Notes: a model not told the origin generated them from the sequence alone. Positions 20,142-29,990 are shown, numbered from the stretch's first letter. The stretch is 64,000 bases of DNA from an uncultured bacterium (GCA_903825105.1 CAIJZI010000008.1:8401-72400); one strand, 5' to 3'. Made by a program: numbers and translations.

Positions 20142-20292
20142 TTCGTAGTATAGAGCAGCTCTGTTTAAAAAGCAATGAAGTGGGGATAACTAAAAAATAA
20201 GGAAGGGACGGCTGAATAAATCGCGTTTAATTTCACATTTGTCAACGTTCTGGAATGGGCTAGGATTTATGAGGCTGTTTTGGAACAGTAGT

Positions 20293-20321
20293 TTGACTTT
20301 CAATACGGCTTCCTGTATCTT
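20293..20321 (+). promoter_or_regulatory. sigma70 promoter of rpsS sub-operon
   Basis: TTGACT-17-TATCTT. Confidence 0.65.
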
Positions 20322-20357
20322 TCAGGTATCCCGTTAGCGCGGGCTTTTCATTGCTTT

Positions 20358-20702
20358 ATGTCACGCTCAATTAAAAAAGGACCCTTCGTGGATGCAAAGC
20401 TCCTGAAGAAGGTCTCGATTCTTAAGCCGTCAACAGCCGGTGTTATTAAGACATGGGCGCGCAGAAGCCAGATAAGCCCAGAAATGATCGGTTTTACCTT
20501 CGGTGTGCACAATGGTCGACAGCATGTTGAGGTCCTTGTTTCAGAAGAAATGATCGGACACCGACTCGGTGAATTCTCGCCGACGAAGAAGTTCCTTCGT
20601 CACGGAGGAAAGATGCAGAAGGAAATGGAGCAGAAGAAGCAGGAGGCCGAAATCGCTTCTGCGAAGGCTGCTAAGGCGCCGGCTCCAGCCGCTAAGAAAT
20701 AG
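20358..20702 (+). CDS. rpsS: 30S ribosomal protein S19 with C-terminal extension
   Basis: [21 protein letters not shown]. Confidence 0.98.
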   Translation: MSRSIKKGPFVDAKLLKKVSILKPSTAGVIKTWARRSQISPEMIGFTFGVHNGRQHVEVLVSEEMIGHRLGEFSPTKKFLRHGGKMQKEMEQKKQEAEIASAKAAKAPAPAAKK

Positions 20703-20717
20703 TTCGCTTTACATACT

Positions 20718-21038
20718 ATGGCAAATGCAACTTTAAAGACTCATAATCAGACACCGCGCAAGGTACGCCTCGTGACTGAACTCGTGAAGGGGAAGAAGAT
20801 CTCTGCTGCTCTTGCTGCACTCGAATTCCTCCCGAAGCGTGCGGCAGAGCCAGTGGCGAAGCTTATCAAGAGCGCTGCCGCGAATGCAAAAGAGCAGGGG
20901 AAGAATGTCGACGAACTCGTTATCAAAAACATCATTGTTGAGAGCGCTGGCATGATGAAGAAGTTTATGCCCCGCGCCTTTGGTCGAGCATCGACGATCC
21001 GCCGCCGTAAGAGTCGCGTTATCGTAACTCTCGCATAA
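20718..21038 (+). CDS. rplV: 50S ribosomal protein L22
   Basis: PRKVRLV, SAAANA, PRAFGRA. Confidence 0.97.
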   Translation: MANATLKTHNQTPRKVRLVTELVKGKKISAALAALEFLPKRAAEPVAKLIKSAAANAKEQGKNVDELVIKNIIVESAGMMKKFMPRAFGRASTIRRRKSRVIVTLA

Positions 21039-21044
21039 TTTAAT

Positions 21045-21725
21045 ATGACACACACTGTACATCCTTATGCACACCGACTCGGCATTATCCGAGACTGGAA
21101 GAGTCGTTGGTATGCCGCTGACCCGAAGAGTCGTCGCGAGAATATTAAAGTCGACGAGACGATTCGTCGTTTCCTCGAGAAGCGTCTCCGCGGTACCTAT
21201 ACGAGCGGTATCGAGATCGAGCGATCAGCGAGCACGCTTCGCATTATCCTCGCGACGGCGCGCCCAGGGCTCGTGATTGGCCGTTCTGGTGAGAACGCGA
21301 CAAAGCTCCGCAAAGAAGTAGAGACGGTGATTCGCAAGGTCGCACCGCTCGACAAGCGCGCTCTCAAGTTGGACATCGTCGAGATGCGCCAGCCAGAAAC
21401 AAATGCTGCTGTCGTCGCCTTTATGATCGCTGAAGGACTCGAGAAGAGAATGCCGTTTCGCCGCGTGCTGAAGCAGACGGTCGAGAAGGTGATCGCTGCT
21501 CGAGAAGTCGAAGGAGTCCGCATCGCGATCTCTGGGCGACTCGGTGGCGCAGAAATGAGCCGTAAGGAGGAATTAAAAAAAGGTCGAATTCCTCTTCAGA
21601 CCTTCCGTGCTGACATCGACTTCGCTGCAGAAGAGGCACACCTCCCGTACGGCGTGATTGGTATCAAGGTGTGGATCTTCAGAGGTAACGTTTTCCAAGA
21701 AAAAAAGGCTTATGCTATTTCCTAA
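21045..21725 (+). CDS. rpsC: 30S ribosomal protein S3
   Basis: RLGIIRDWKSRWYA, GRLGGAEMSR, YGVIGIKVWI. Confidence 0.98.
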   Translation: MTHTVHPYAHRLGIIRDWKSRWYAADPKSRRENIKVDETIRRFLEKRLRGTYTSGIEIERSASTLRIILATARPGLVIGRSGENATKLRKEVETVIRKVAPLDKRALKLDIVEMRQPETNAAVVAFMIAEGLEKRMPFRRVLKQTVEKVIAAREVEGVRIAISGRLGGAEMSRKEELKKGRIPLQTFRADIDFAAEEAHLPYGVIGIKVWIFRGNVFQEKKAYAIS

Positions 21726-22134
21726 AAAAGTAAAACATCGTAAGTGGCAGAACGGTCGCAAGAGTGCGAAGCGTCTTTCGCGTCCTGATACACGAGGAAC
21801 AGAAGTCGTCTTCGGATCGATTGGTCTGAAGGCGCTCTCGAGCTCGCGCGTCACCAGTAATCAGATCGAATCCGCGCGAAAGGTGCTCACGCGCGCCACT
21901 GCCAAGACCGGCAAGCTCTGGATTCGCATCTTCCCAGATCGACCAATTACCGAGAAGCCAGCTGGACTCAAAATGGGTAAGGGTAAGGGCGATCCGAAGC
22001 ACTATGTCTTCGAAGTCCGCCCCGGGCGCATCCTCTTCGAGTTCGACGGTGTCCCTGAAGATATCGCGCGCGCGCACTTACGCCAGGCAGGTATGAAGTT
22101 GCCAGTTAAGACGAGTATCGTCGTCAGCCATTAA
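21712..22134 (+). CDS. rplP: 50S ribosomal protein L16
   Basis: [14 protein letters not shown]. Confidence 0.98.
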   Translation: MLFPKKVKHRKWQNGRKSAKRLSRPDTRGTEVVFGSIGLKALSSSRVTSNQIESARKVLTRATAKTGKLWIRIFPDRPITEKPAGLKMGKGKGDPKHYVFEVRPGRILFEFDGVPEDIARAHLRQAGMKLPVKTSIVVSH

Positions 22135-22140
22135 ATTTTT

Positions 22141-22335
22141 ATGACTAAAAAAGAAATCATCTCGGATAAGGCAGATGCAGAGCTTCTTAAGATGCTCTCT
22201 GAAACACGCGCCGCGCTTCGCGGTGAGCGATTCGCTGCTGCTGGCGCTCGCCCGAAGGATTCGAACTCGCCGAAGAAGCTCCGAAAGACGATTGCGCGCA
22301 TATTAACAGAACAGGGTCGACGCAATACGAAATAA
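22141..22335 (+). CDS. rpmC: 50S ribosomal protein L29
   Basis: RKTIARILT; position. Confidence 0.92.
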   Translation: MTKKEIISDKADAELLKMLSETRAALRGERFAAAGARPKDSNSPKKLRKTIARILTEQGRRNTK

Positions 22336-22339
22336 TTTT

Positions 22340-22615
22340 ATGGAAACAAAAAACACAACACATTCGACAAGCTCAGTGCAGGCTCGTCCGCAGACATTCA
22401 CTGGCGTCGTTATAAAAACGGCGATGAAGGATACTGCTACTGTTCGTGTCGATCGCTTTGTTAAGAATGCGAAGTATAAAAAGTATTCAGTGCGATCGAA
22501 GAATTATCTCGCACACGATCCGGGCAATACGGTTGCGGTGGGGGACAAGGTCACGATTGTCGCGACGCGCCCGATCTCGAAGCTCAAGCATTTCAAGATC
22601 GCTACTAACGCATAA
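22340..22615 (+). CDS. rpsQ: 30S ribosomal protein S17
   Basis: GVV..AMKDT, AHD, TRPISK.K. Confidence 0.96.
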   Translation: METKNTTHSTSSVQARPQTFTGVVIKTAMKDTATVRVDRFVKNAKYKKYSVRSKNYLAHDPGNTVAVGDKVTIVATRPISKLKHFKIATNA

Positions 22616-22618
22616 TTT

Positions 22619-22996
22619 ATGTTGCAGACACAATCCATCGTAGCAGTAGCGGACAATTCAGGCGGCAAGGTCGCTAGAATCTTCAAAGTGCTCGGCGGTT
22701 CGCATCGCAGGTACGCGCGCATCGGCGACATTGTTGTTGTTTCTATTCAGACAGCCGAGCCACGCAAGGCGGTAAAGAAAAAAGATATTTTCCGCGCAGT
22801 CGTCGTTCGCCAGGTAAAGCCCTTTGGTCGCAAAGACGGCTCATCGATTCGCTTCGATGAAAACGCTGTGGTCCTTATCGAGAAGCAGGGTAAAGAAATG
22901 GGCCCTAAGGGGAATCGCATCTTCGGCCCCGTGCCACGCGAATTGTCAGAAAGAGGCTGGCACTCGATCGTGTCTCTCGCTCCAGAAGTCGTTTAG
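22619..22996 (+). CDS. rplN: 50S ribosomal protein L14
   Basis: VADNSG, IRFDENA, RIFGPV. Confidence 0.98.
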   Translation: MLQTQSIVAVADNSGGKVARIFKVLGGSHRRYARIGDIVVVSIQTAEPRKAVKKKDIFRAVVVRQVKPFGRKDGSSIRFDENAVVLIEKQGKEMGPKGNRIFGPVPRELSERGWHSIVSLAPEVV

Positions 22997-23006
22997 CTAA
23001 ATTTAT

Positions 23007-23264
23007 ATGAAAATTAAAAAAGGAGACAAAGTAAAAGTGATTTCAGGTAAGGATAAAGGCGCGACTGGCGTGGTGCTCCAAGCATTGCCGAAAGAAAATA
23101 AGGTCGTTGTTGAAGGTGTCGCTATCTACAAGCGTCATTTGAAGGGTGGGGCAGGAAAGGTTGGTCACATCGCAGAAAAGCCGCGCGCGATTGATGTCTC
23201 GAATGTGAAAAAGGTTGATTCTGCAGAGACCAAGAAGAAAGAAGCTGTTTTTAGCGTAAAATAA
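23007..23264 (+). CDS. rplX: 50S ribosomal protein L24 (short)
   Basis: [18 protein letters not shown] motif. Confidence 0.96.
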   Translation: MKIKKGDKVKVISGKDKGATGVVLQALPKENKVVVEGVAIYKRHLKGGAGKVGHIAEKPRAIDVSNVKKVDSAETKKKEAVFSVK

Positions 23265-23269
23265 ATCAT

Positions 23270-23821
23270 ATGTCTATCACCAAACAAAAACAGCAGTCCA
23301 GTTATCTCGCTCTCGCCGAGCAATTTGGCTATACGAGCCCGATGCAGGGCGTGCGCATTGAGAAGGTCATCGTCTCTTCTGGCGTTGGTAAGAAGCGCGA
23401 CAAGAAGCAGATCGAGCTCATCGAGAATCGCCTCGCGAAAATAACGGGACAGAAGTCAGCAAAGCGCCCAGCGAAGACCTCTATCGCCGCCTTTAAGGTG
23501 CGCGAAGGCGACACGGTTGGCCTCCAGACAACGCTTCGCGGCGCGCGCATGTACGACTTCGTCGACAAGCTCATCCACATCGCTCTCCCGCGCACACGCG
23601 ACTTCCGTGGCCTCTCTCCAAAAGCGATTGACGATATGGGTAATATCACGGTCGGTATCCGCGAGCACACGATCTTCCCCGAGACTTCTGACGAAGATAT
23701 TAAAGATGTCTTCGGTCTCGCGATAACAATCGTCACGACTGCGAAGTCAAAGGCAGAAGCAGAGGCATTCTTCCGCCATATCGGCATGCCGCTGACCGAT
23801 GGGGCAGAAACAAAGAAATAA
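23270..23821 (+). CDS. rplE: 50S ribosomal protein L5
   Basis: ITGQK, FKVREG, LPRTRDFRG. Confidence 0.98.
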   Translation: MSITKQKQQSSYLALAEQFGYTSPMQGVRIEKVIVSSGVGKKRDKKQIELIENRLAKITGQKSAKRPAKTSIAAFKVREGDTVGLQTTLRGARMYDFVDKLIHIALPRTRDFRGLSPKAIDDMGNITVGIREHTIFPETSDEDIKDVFGLAITIVTTAKSKAEAEAFFRHIGMPLTDGAETKK

Positions 23822-23831
23822 TTTTGTAAAC

Positions 23832-23868
23832 AAAACCCGCGGCGACCATTCGGTCGCCGCGGTTTTTG
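23832..23868. terminator. Intrinsic terminator after rplE
   Basis: CCGCGGCGACC ATTC GGTCGCCGCGG TTTTT. Confidence 0.85.
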
Positions 23869-23930
23869 TTTGTGGTCTTGACAGAATAATTTGATTGAGT
23901 ATTGTAATAGCGGAAAAGAAGGAGGCAGAA

Positions 23931-24107
23931 ATGCCGACAATAGAAACCAATAAGCTCGTTCGGAGTAAGGACGATTGCCAAGTTCAACTTTTTCTTGAAT
24001 GGTGTGAGCGGGTTAACTCCACGCCGCCAGAACTGAATACTCCTGAATTTGAGCGTCAGTTTACTAACTGGCTCTCGTGGGGAATGTGCAGAGATGAAGT
24101 TGGTTAA
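23931..24107 (+). CDS. Small hypothetical protein (SD-led cassette)
   Basis: TTGACA-16-TATTGT, AAGGAGG SD, hairpin after stop. Confidence 0.6.
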   Translation: MPTIETNKLVRSKDDCQVQLFLEWCERVNSTPPELNTPEFERQFTNWLSWGMCRDEVG

Positions 24108-24161
24108 ACCGCTCAAGGAATCGCTTCTTTGGGCGGTTCCTCGTTTATATTTTGAGGATGT

Positions 24162-24190
24162 TTGACTCCTTAGAAGCTATTTGATACAGT
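24162..24190 (+). promoter_or_regulatory. sigma70 promoter of rpsN sub-operon
   Basis: TTGACT-17-TACAGT. Confidence 0.65.
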
Positions 24191-24223
24191 GTCAGCACGC
24201 TCTTCGGAGCTATTACTTTTGAT

Positions 24224-24493
24224 ATGGCTAAAAAATCCCAGTTGGCGAGACTTGCTAAAAAGCAGAAGCTCGTGAAGAAGTACGCAGAGAAGCGTGCGGC
24301 TTTGAAGTTGGCTGGTGATTCTGAAGGCCTCCAGAAGCTCCCGCGTAATTCTTCGCCGGTACGGTTGAAGAACCGCTGTGCGATATCGGGTCGATCTCGT
24401 GGATATATGCGCGCTTTTGGGCTCTCGCGCATCCAGTTCCGCGAACTTGCGCTCGAAGGGAAGATCCCAGGTGTTAAAAAATCATCTTGGTAA
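24224..24493 (+). CDS. rpsN: 30S ribosomal protein S14 (89-aa, Zn-independent type)
   Basis: [14 protein letters not shown], single Cys, KSSW end. Confidence 0.97.
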   Translation: MAKKSQLARLAKKQKLVKKYAEKRAALKLAGDSEGLQKLPRNSSPVRLKNRCAISGRSRGYMRAFGLSRIQFRELALEGKIPGVKKSSW

Positions 24494-24497
24494 TTTT

Positions 24498-24899
24498 ATG
24501 GTAACTGACCGCATCGGAGATTTTATAATTCGACTTCAGAACGCTGCCATGATCGGCAAGCGTGAAGTGTCGGCCCCTTATTCAACACACCTTTTCACTA
24601 TTGCGAAAAAGTTGAGAGAACTCGGCTTTCTCGATAAGGTCGAGATGAAGACAAAAGAAGATGAAGTTAAAAAAGAATTTGTTGTGACACTTTCCTGCGA
24701 CGAGAGTGGCGCTCCGAAGCTCCACGGCGTGAAGCGTATCAGCAAGCCTGGGAGACGACTCTACGCTCCACATGATTCTATTCATAAGGTGAAGGGTGGC
24801 AGTGGCTCGCGAATCATTTCATCTTCGGCAGGCATTATTTCTGATGCTGAAGCGCGAAAGACGAAGGTCGGTGGTGAAGAACTTTTTGAAATTTGGTAA
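24498..24899 (+). CDS. rpsH: 30S ribosomal protein S8
   Basis: D.IGD.IIR..NA, RISKPG.R.Y, GGE. Confidence 0.97.
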   Translation: MVTDRIGDFIIRLQNAAMIGKREVSAPYSTHLFTIAKKLRELGFLDKVEMKTKEDEVKKEFVVTLSCDESGAPKLHGVKRISKPGRRLYAPHDSIHKVKGGSGSRIISSSAGIISDAEARKTKVGGEELFEIW

Positions 24900-24909
24900 T
24901 AAATAATTT

Positions 24910-25440
24910 ATGTCTCGACTCGCCAAAAAACCAATACTAGTAGGGAAGACAACCGTTTCAGTCGCGGGTGGCGAACTCTCTGTGAAGGGCTCGAAGGGAA
25001 CTTTGACGAAGCGCGTACATCCTTCGATCGACATCTCTGTTGGAGAAGAGGGTGTGATGGTCTCGCCAAAAAATAGCTCGCGTCTCGCGAAGATGCTCAC
25101 GGGCACATTCGCCTCGCATGTGAAGAATATGACGCGCGGTGTTGAAGAGCCGTTTCTTATCACGCTTATTCTCGAAGGCGTCGGCTATAAGGTAGAAGTG
25201 AAGGGGAATAAGGTCGTGCTCACGGTTGGATTCTCGCACACGGTCGAGCTCGAGATCCCCGCAGATGTCACGGTGGCAGTTACTAAAAATGTTATGAAGA
25301 TTGAGAGTATTAACAAAGAGTCGGTTGGGCAGTTCGCCGCGAACATTCGTCGCGTGAAGCCGCCAGAACCGTATCTCGGCAAGGGTATTCGCTACGATGG
25401 CGAGATTATCCGCCGCAAGCAGGGTAAGAAGGCTGTATAA
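24910..25440 (+). CDS. rplF: 50S ribosomal protein L6
   Basis: GVGYK, PPEPY.GKGIRY. Confidence 0.98.
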   Translation: MSRLAKKPILVGKTTVSVAGGELSVKGSKGTLTKRVHPSIDISVGEEGVMVSPKNSSRLAKMLTGTFASHVKNMTRGVEEPFLITLILEGVGYKVEVKGNKVVLTVGFSHTVELEIPADVTVAVTKNVMKIESINKESVGQFAANIRRVKPPEPYLGKGIRYDGEIIRRKQGKKAV

Positions 25441-25445
25441 AAATT

Positions 25446-25796
25446 ATGAACCACAAACCGACTACAAACAGTGAACTTCGAGCACATCGCCACAAGCGCA
25501 TTCGCGCGCTTATTAAGGGTACCGCGGAACGCCCTCGCCTCGCAGTATTTCGAAGTAATCGTTTCGTATCAGCACAGCTGATCGACGATAACGCCGGTAA
25601 GACGCTCGCTGCTGCACACGGCCGAGAGTTTAAAGGTGCACAGTCTGAACAAGCGAAGGCTGTTGGTGCGGCGATTGGAAAGGCGGCGAAGGCTCTCGGT
25701 ATTACGACAGCCGTTTTTGATCGTGCGGGATACAAGTACGCTGGACAAATAAAATCGCTCGCAGATGCTGCGCGTGAAGAAGGACTTATTTTTTAA
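25446..25796 (+). CDS. rplR: 50S ribosomal protein L18
   Basis: RPRLAVFRSN, VFDR.GYKY. Confidence 0.97.
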   Translation: MNHKPTTNSELRAHRHKRIRALIKGTAERPRLAVFRSNRFVSAQLIDDNAGKTLAAAHGREFKGAQSEQAKAVGAAIGKAAKALGITTAVFDRAGYKYAGQIKSLADAAREEGLIF

Positions 25797-25802
25797 ATAA
25801 TT

Positions 25803-26372
25803 ATGACAACAACAGAAAAAGAAGTAGTGAAGAGCGAAGAGGTAATAACTTCACCAGCGGGAAATGCTCCTGTTGCAGAAAACCGTGGTAGAACGATGCG
25901 TGGGCGTGCTCCTCGTAGTGGTAACAGAGAGCGCGCGCCTCGTGAACGCGGAGAATTCGATCAGGTGACGATTGATGCACGACGCGTGGCGCGTGTTATG
26001 GCAGGAGGTCGCCGATTTAACTTCAGTCTTGTCGTCGTTATTGGCGACAAGAAGGGGAGAGTCGGTGTTGGTCTCGGCAAAGGTGTCGACACGGCGCTTG
26101 CTATCGACAAGGCAGTTCGCGATGCGAAGAAGCATTTGATAACGGTCGCGAGAACGAAGTCTGGCTCGATCCCTCATCAGGTTATGGCGAAGTACGCATC
26201 TTCGACGGTTGAAATTATCCCGTCAAAGGGTCGCGGTCTTGTCGCTGGCTCTGCGGTACGCACAGTGCTCGATTCAGCAGGAATTAAAGATGTGATTACG
26301 AAGATTCACACACGCTCGAAGAATAAACTCACGATCGCGCGCGCGACCGTTGAAGCTTTGAAGAAGTTATAA
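25803..26372 (+). CDS. rpsE: 30S ribosomal protein S5
   Basis: RV.RV.AGGRRF.F..VVVIGD. Confidence 0.98.
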   Translation: MTTTEKEVVKSEEVITSPAGNAPVAENRGRTMRGRAPRSGNRERAPRERGEFDQVTIDARRVARVMAGGRRFNFSLVVVIGDKKGRVGVGLGKGVDTALAIDKAVRDAKKHLITVARTKSGSIPHQVMAKYASSTVEIIPSKGRGLVAGSAVRTVLDSAGIKDVITKIHTRSKNKLTIARATVEALKKL

Positions 26373-26379
26373 TATTTTT

Positions 26380-26832
26380 ATGCAACTCAATTCACTTTTA
26401 CCTCGAATAAAGAATAAAAAGAACGCGCCAGTAGGTCGCGGCGGTACACGCGGAAAAACTTCTGGCAGAGGAGGGAAGGGCCAGACTGCACGCGCCGGGC
26501 ACAAGATTCGCCCAGAGATGCGCGATATTATAAAGAAAATCCCGAAGCTTCGTGGTCAAGGGAAGAATCGTTCGCGCACGGTTCGTACCAATAAAATTCG
26601 AGTGACCGCAGTCAATGTCGCGCTTATCGAAGCAGAATACGCTGCAGGAGAGACGGTGACACCAGCATCACTCGTTTCAAAAGGTCTTGTACGCCGAGCA
26701 AAAGGTCGTGCACCTGTAGTAAAAATTCTTGGAACGGGGGAATTCACTAAGGCACTCGTTGTTCGAGGATGTATGATGTCAGAGACCGCCCTCAAAGCAC
26801 TTGTTGCTGCTGGCGGCACACACCATGCTTAA
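26380..26832 (+). CDS. rplO: 50S ribosomal protein L15
   Basis: GRGG..GKTSGRG.KGQ.ARAG. Confidence 0.97.
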   Translation: MQLNSLLPRIKNKKNAPVGRGGTRGKTSGRGGKGQTARAGHKIRPEMRDIIKKIPKLRGQGKNRSRTVRTNKIRVTAVNVALIEAEYAAGETVTPASLVSKGLVRRAKGRAPVVKILGTGEFTKALVVRGCMMSETALKALVAAGGTHHA

Positions 26833-28114
26833 TTCATTCATTCGTAAGATTAAACTTGCTTTCGGCGATAAAGAAATTCGTTTTCGCATTCTTTTCCTCG
26901 TTGGAGCACTCGCAGCGTTTCGCATTCTCGCATCGGTACCAATACCGGGTGTTGATCGCGCTGCACTCGCATCATTCTTTTCAAATAATCAGTTCTTCGG
27001 TCTTCTCAACATCTTTTCTGGTGGCGGACTCGCGCGTTTATCCGTCGTGATGCTCGGCGTCGGCCCCTATATCACTGCGTCAATTATTATGCAGCTCGGC
27101 ACGATAATCTTCCCGCAGTTGAAGCAGGCATACTTCGAAGAGGGAGAGGCAGGGCGGGCGAAGTTTGTTGAATGGAGCCGCCTTCTCACGATCCCGATCG
27201 CTGTTCTCCAGTCGATTGGATTTTTGGTTCTTCTCGAGAGTCAACATGTCATTATGAATCTCGGTATTCTCGCATTTGTATCCAATGTCATGATTGTCGC
27301 TGCAGGCTCGATGCTTCTTATGTGGATCGGCGAACTCGTGACTGAGTTTGGTATCGGCAACGGCGTTTCACTCATCATTCTCGCCGGTATTCTCGCACGC
27401 GTGCCAGCCAGCATCTCGCAGACAGTCTTCGCAGCTGGGGCCGCGACGAGTATCGCCGCGAATATTCCGACCTATGGCGCATTCCTCGTCCTCGCTCTCG
27501 CGATGATTTATGCAGTGGTCGTTGTCTCTGATGCAGAACGATCCATACCGATCGCCTACGCTCGCGCAGTGCGTGGCGCAGCCTTGTCACAGGGCGCGGC
27601 GACCTATCTCCCTATCCGCCTTCTTCAGGCGGGTGTTATCCCAATTATTTTTGCACTTTCACTCTTGCTTGTCCCACAGATGGCGCTCTCGATGCTCTCT
27701 GCGGCTCATATCTCCTTTGCTTCTGGTGTAGCAACCTGGTACACCGCATTTCTCTCGAACCCGTGGCAATATGGGTCACTCTACTTCGCGCTCGTTGTTC
27801 TCTTCACTTATTTCTATACCGCTGTCACCTTCGAGCCACACCGTGTCGCTGAAAATCTTCAGAAGACGGGTGCCTTCGTCCCTGGTGTTCGTCCGGGGGG
27901 AGAGACTGAGAGATACATCGGTAATGTGGTAAATCGCGTCACGCTCCCAGGAGCAGTCTTCCTCGGCTTTATCGCGGTCGCTCCTTCAATTATCCAAGGA
28001 TTGACCGGCATCACGACTCTTGTCCTCGGTGGCACAGCTCTTCTCATTGCCGTTCAGGTCGCTCTCGACCTCGCACAAAAAATCGAAGCTCAAGTCTCAC
28101 TTCGGGAGTATTAA
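26825..28114 (+). CDS. secY: Preprotein translocase SecY
   Basis: LGVGPYITASIIMQL, GIGNGVSL, PGVRPG. Confidence 0.98.
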   Translation: MLNSFIRKIKLAFGDKEIRFRILFLVGALAAFRILASVPIPGVDRAALASFFSNNQFFGLLNIFSGGGLARLSVVMLGVGPYITASIIMQLGTIIFPQLKQAYFEEGEAGRAKFVEWSRLLTIPIAVLQSIGFLVLLESQHVIMNLGILAFVSNVMIVAAGSMLLMWIGELVTEFGIGNGVSLIILAGILARVPASISQTVFAAGAATSIAANIPTYGAFLVLALAMIYAVVVVSDAERSIPIAYARAVRGAALSQGAATYLPIRLLQAGVIPIIFALSLLLVPQMALSMLSAAHISFASGVATWYTAFLSNPWQYGSLYFALVVLFTYFYTAVTFEPHRVAENLQKTGAFVPGVRPGGETERYIGNVVNRVTLPGAVFLGFIAVAPSIIQGLTGITTLVLGGTALLIAVQVALDLAQKIEAQVSLREY

Positions 28115-28190
28115 AATTTGCATTTTGTAAAAAGTGCGGTATACTCTTACGCGGATGAACGGCGTGATGAATCGCGCCAAAGGAGTAAAA

Positions 28191-28541
28191 ATGAGGAAAG
28201 TGTTGGTTGTTGACGACGATCAGAAGATGTTGAAACAGTTCCGTAACATCATTCTCAAATCAGGGTATCAAGTGATCGCTTGCGAAAGTGCAGAAGAAGC
28301 AATCCAGCATATCGAAGATGTCGATGCTGTTATCACTGATTTCTCTATGCCTAAAATGGATGGCAACGAATTCGCAAAAGTGGTCAAGCTCAAAAGGCAC
28401 GAAGTTCCGGTGATGATCGCAACAAGCAATCCGGACATTGTTCCAAAAGATCATCTCGCAAACAGCGTGATCTGCAAACTCGATGCTTTTTGGGGCGATG
28501 TCAATTGTGTCTCTTGGCTCAAGGAAGTGCTGGGCGAGTAG
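28191..28541 (+). CDS. Single-domain response regulator receiver (SD-led cassette)
   Basis: VLVVDDD, ITDFSMP.MDG, conserved T and K; AAGGAG SD; TTGCAT-16-TATACT. Confidence 0.85.
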   Translation: MRKVLVVDDDQKMLKQFRNIILKSGYQVIACESAEEAIQHIEDVDAVITDFSMPKMDGNEFAKVVKLKRHEVPVMIATSNPDIVPKDHLANSVICKLDAFWGDVNCVSWLKEVLGE

Positions 28542-28638
28542 CGCCGGCCCTCCGAATTTTTGCACGCAGATGCGTTGCAGGAGTTCGGAGGGTTTTTATT
28601 TTATTGCGGAAGTGTCGTTTTTGATTTATAGTCAGCAG

Positions 28639-29217
28639 ATGGAAACACGCACGATACTTTTTATCGGGAAGCCGGGCTGTGGGAAAGGGGATCAAACGAA
28701 ACTGTTGTCAGAAAAAACGGGATGGAAGATTCTTTCTAGTGGAGACAACTTTCGTTCTATCTCTTCAGAAAATACGCCAATCGGGCGAAGGGTAAAAGAA
28801 GTAAATGACGCCGGGCTTCTTCAGCCATCGTGGCTCGCGGAATATCTTTTTATAAAATATCTCTCTCCGCTGCCAGAAAATGAAAGTGTCATCTTTGACG
28901 GCTTCGGCAGAAAGGCGCGAGAAGCAGAGTTCGTTATCGAATCACTCGCGTGGATTAATCGACCGCTCTCGGTCATTCACCTCGATGTCTCTGATGAAGA
29001 AATTATAAAGCGCGTCGCTTTACGCAAGGAGATCGAAGGGCGGGCAGACGACAAAGTCGTCGAAGAGCGACTGAAAGAATATTACGAATACACCGAGCCT
29101 GCGCTTAAAAAGTTTCGTGATGAAGCGCATGTGATTGAAATAAATGGTGAGCAGGCTCGTGAAAAAATTGCTGAAGATGTTCAAAAAGCGCTAAATTTAC
29201 CCTCGACAGGTTCTTGA
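28639..29217 (+). CDS. adk: Adenylate/nucleoside monophosphate kinase (short LID)
   Basis: GKPGCGKG P-loop, DGF.R, GRADD. Confidence 0.9.
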   Translation: METRTILFIGKPGCGKGDQTKLLSEKTGWKILSSGDNFRSISSENTPIGRRVKEVNDAGLLQPSWLAEYLFIKYLSPLPENESVIFDGFGRKAREAEFVIESLAWINRPLSVIHLDVSDEEIIKRVALRKEIEGRADDKVVEERLKEYYEYTEPALKKFRDEAHVIEINGEQAREKIAEDVQKALNLPSTGS

Positions 29218-29225
29218 AACAAGAC

Positions 29226-29990
29226 ATGATAGTTACTACAGAAAAACAGCGTGGAGATCTTATCGAATCTGGGAAGCGCCTCGCGCGTATTCTGGGAGTT
29301 CTCGCTGGAAAGGTCGCTCCCGGCGTCTCGGCTAGTGAGCTCGACGACCTCGCCGAGAAGCTTATTCGCGATGGGGGCGACACGCCAGCTTTCCTTGGCT
29401 ATAAAGGAGAAGGCTCGCGACCGTACCCGGCGACTTTGTGCGTTTCTATAAATGATGAAATCGTGCATGGCATTCCAAATGAATCAGAAAAGATTTTTAA
29501 AGAAGGCGATATCGTGAGCCTCGACTTCGGGCTTATTCATAATGGTGTGGTGACGGACGCTGCTGTCACGGTGGCAGTGGGGAATATAGATGAACAGTCA
29601 AAAAAATTACTCAGAGCGACAGAGAACGCGCTCGCTGCAGGCATCGCTGAAGCGATTCCAGGGAATTATTTGGGCGATATTTCGCATGCGATTCAGGCAG
29701 AAATAGAAAAAGCGGGATTCGCAGTGGTAAAAGAGCTCGGCGGGCACGGCGTTGGTGATGAAGTCCACGAAGAGCCGTTTATTCCCAACTTCGGGAAGAA
29801 GGGCGAAGGAGAATTACTTGTCGAGGGAATGGTGCTCGCGCTCGAGCCGATCTCCTCAGCAGGGAAGTCGGCGATGACGCTCGCGCCAGATGGTTGGACC
29901 TATCGTACGAAAGATGGTTCCCGAAGCGCTCACTTCGAGCACACGATCTTGATAGAAAAGAGCGGAGCGCGTATTATTACAAAATTATGA
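29226..29990 (+). CDS. map: Methionine aminopeptidase type I (TTG at 29214 is an alternative start)
   Basis: SINDEIVHGIP, GHGVG..VHEEP, SAHFEHT. Confidence 0.97.
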   Translation: MIVTTEKQRGDLIESGKRLARILGVLAGKVAPGVSASELDDLAEKLIRDGGDTPAFLGYKGEGSRPYPATLCVSINDEIVHGIPNESEKIFKEGDIVSLDFGLIHNGVVTDAAVTVAVGNIDEQSKKLLRATENALAAGIAEAIPGNYLGDISHAIQAEIEKAGFAVVKELGGHGVGDEVHEEPFIPNFGKKGEGELLVEGMVLALEPISSAGKSAMTLAPDGWTYRTKDGSRSAHFEHTILIEKSGARIITKL

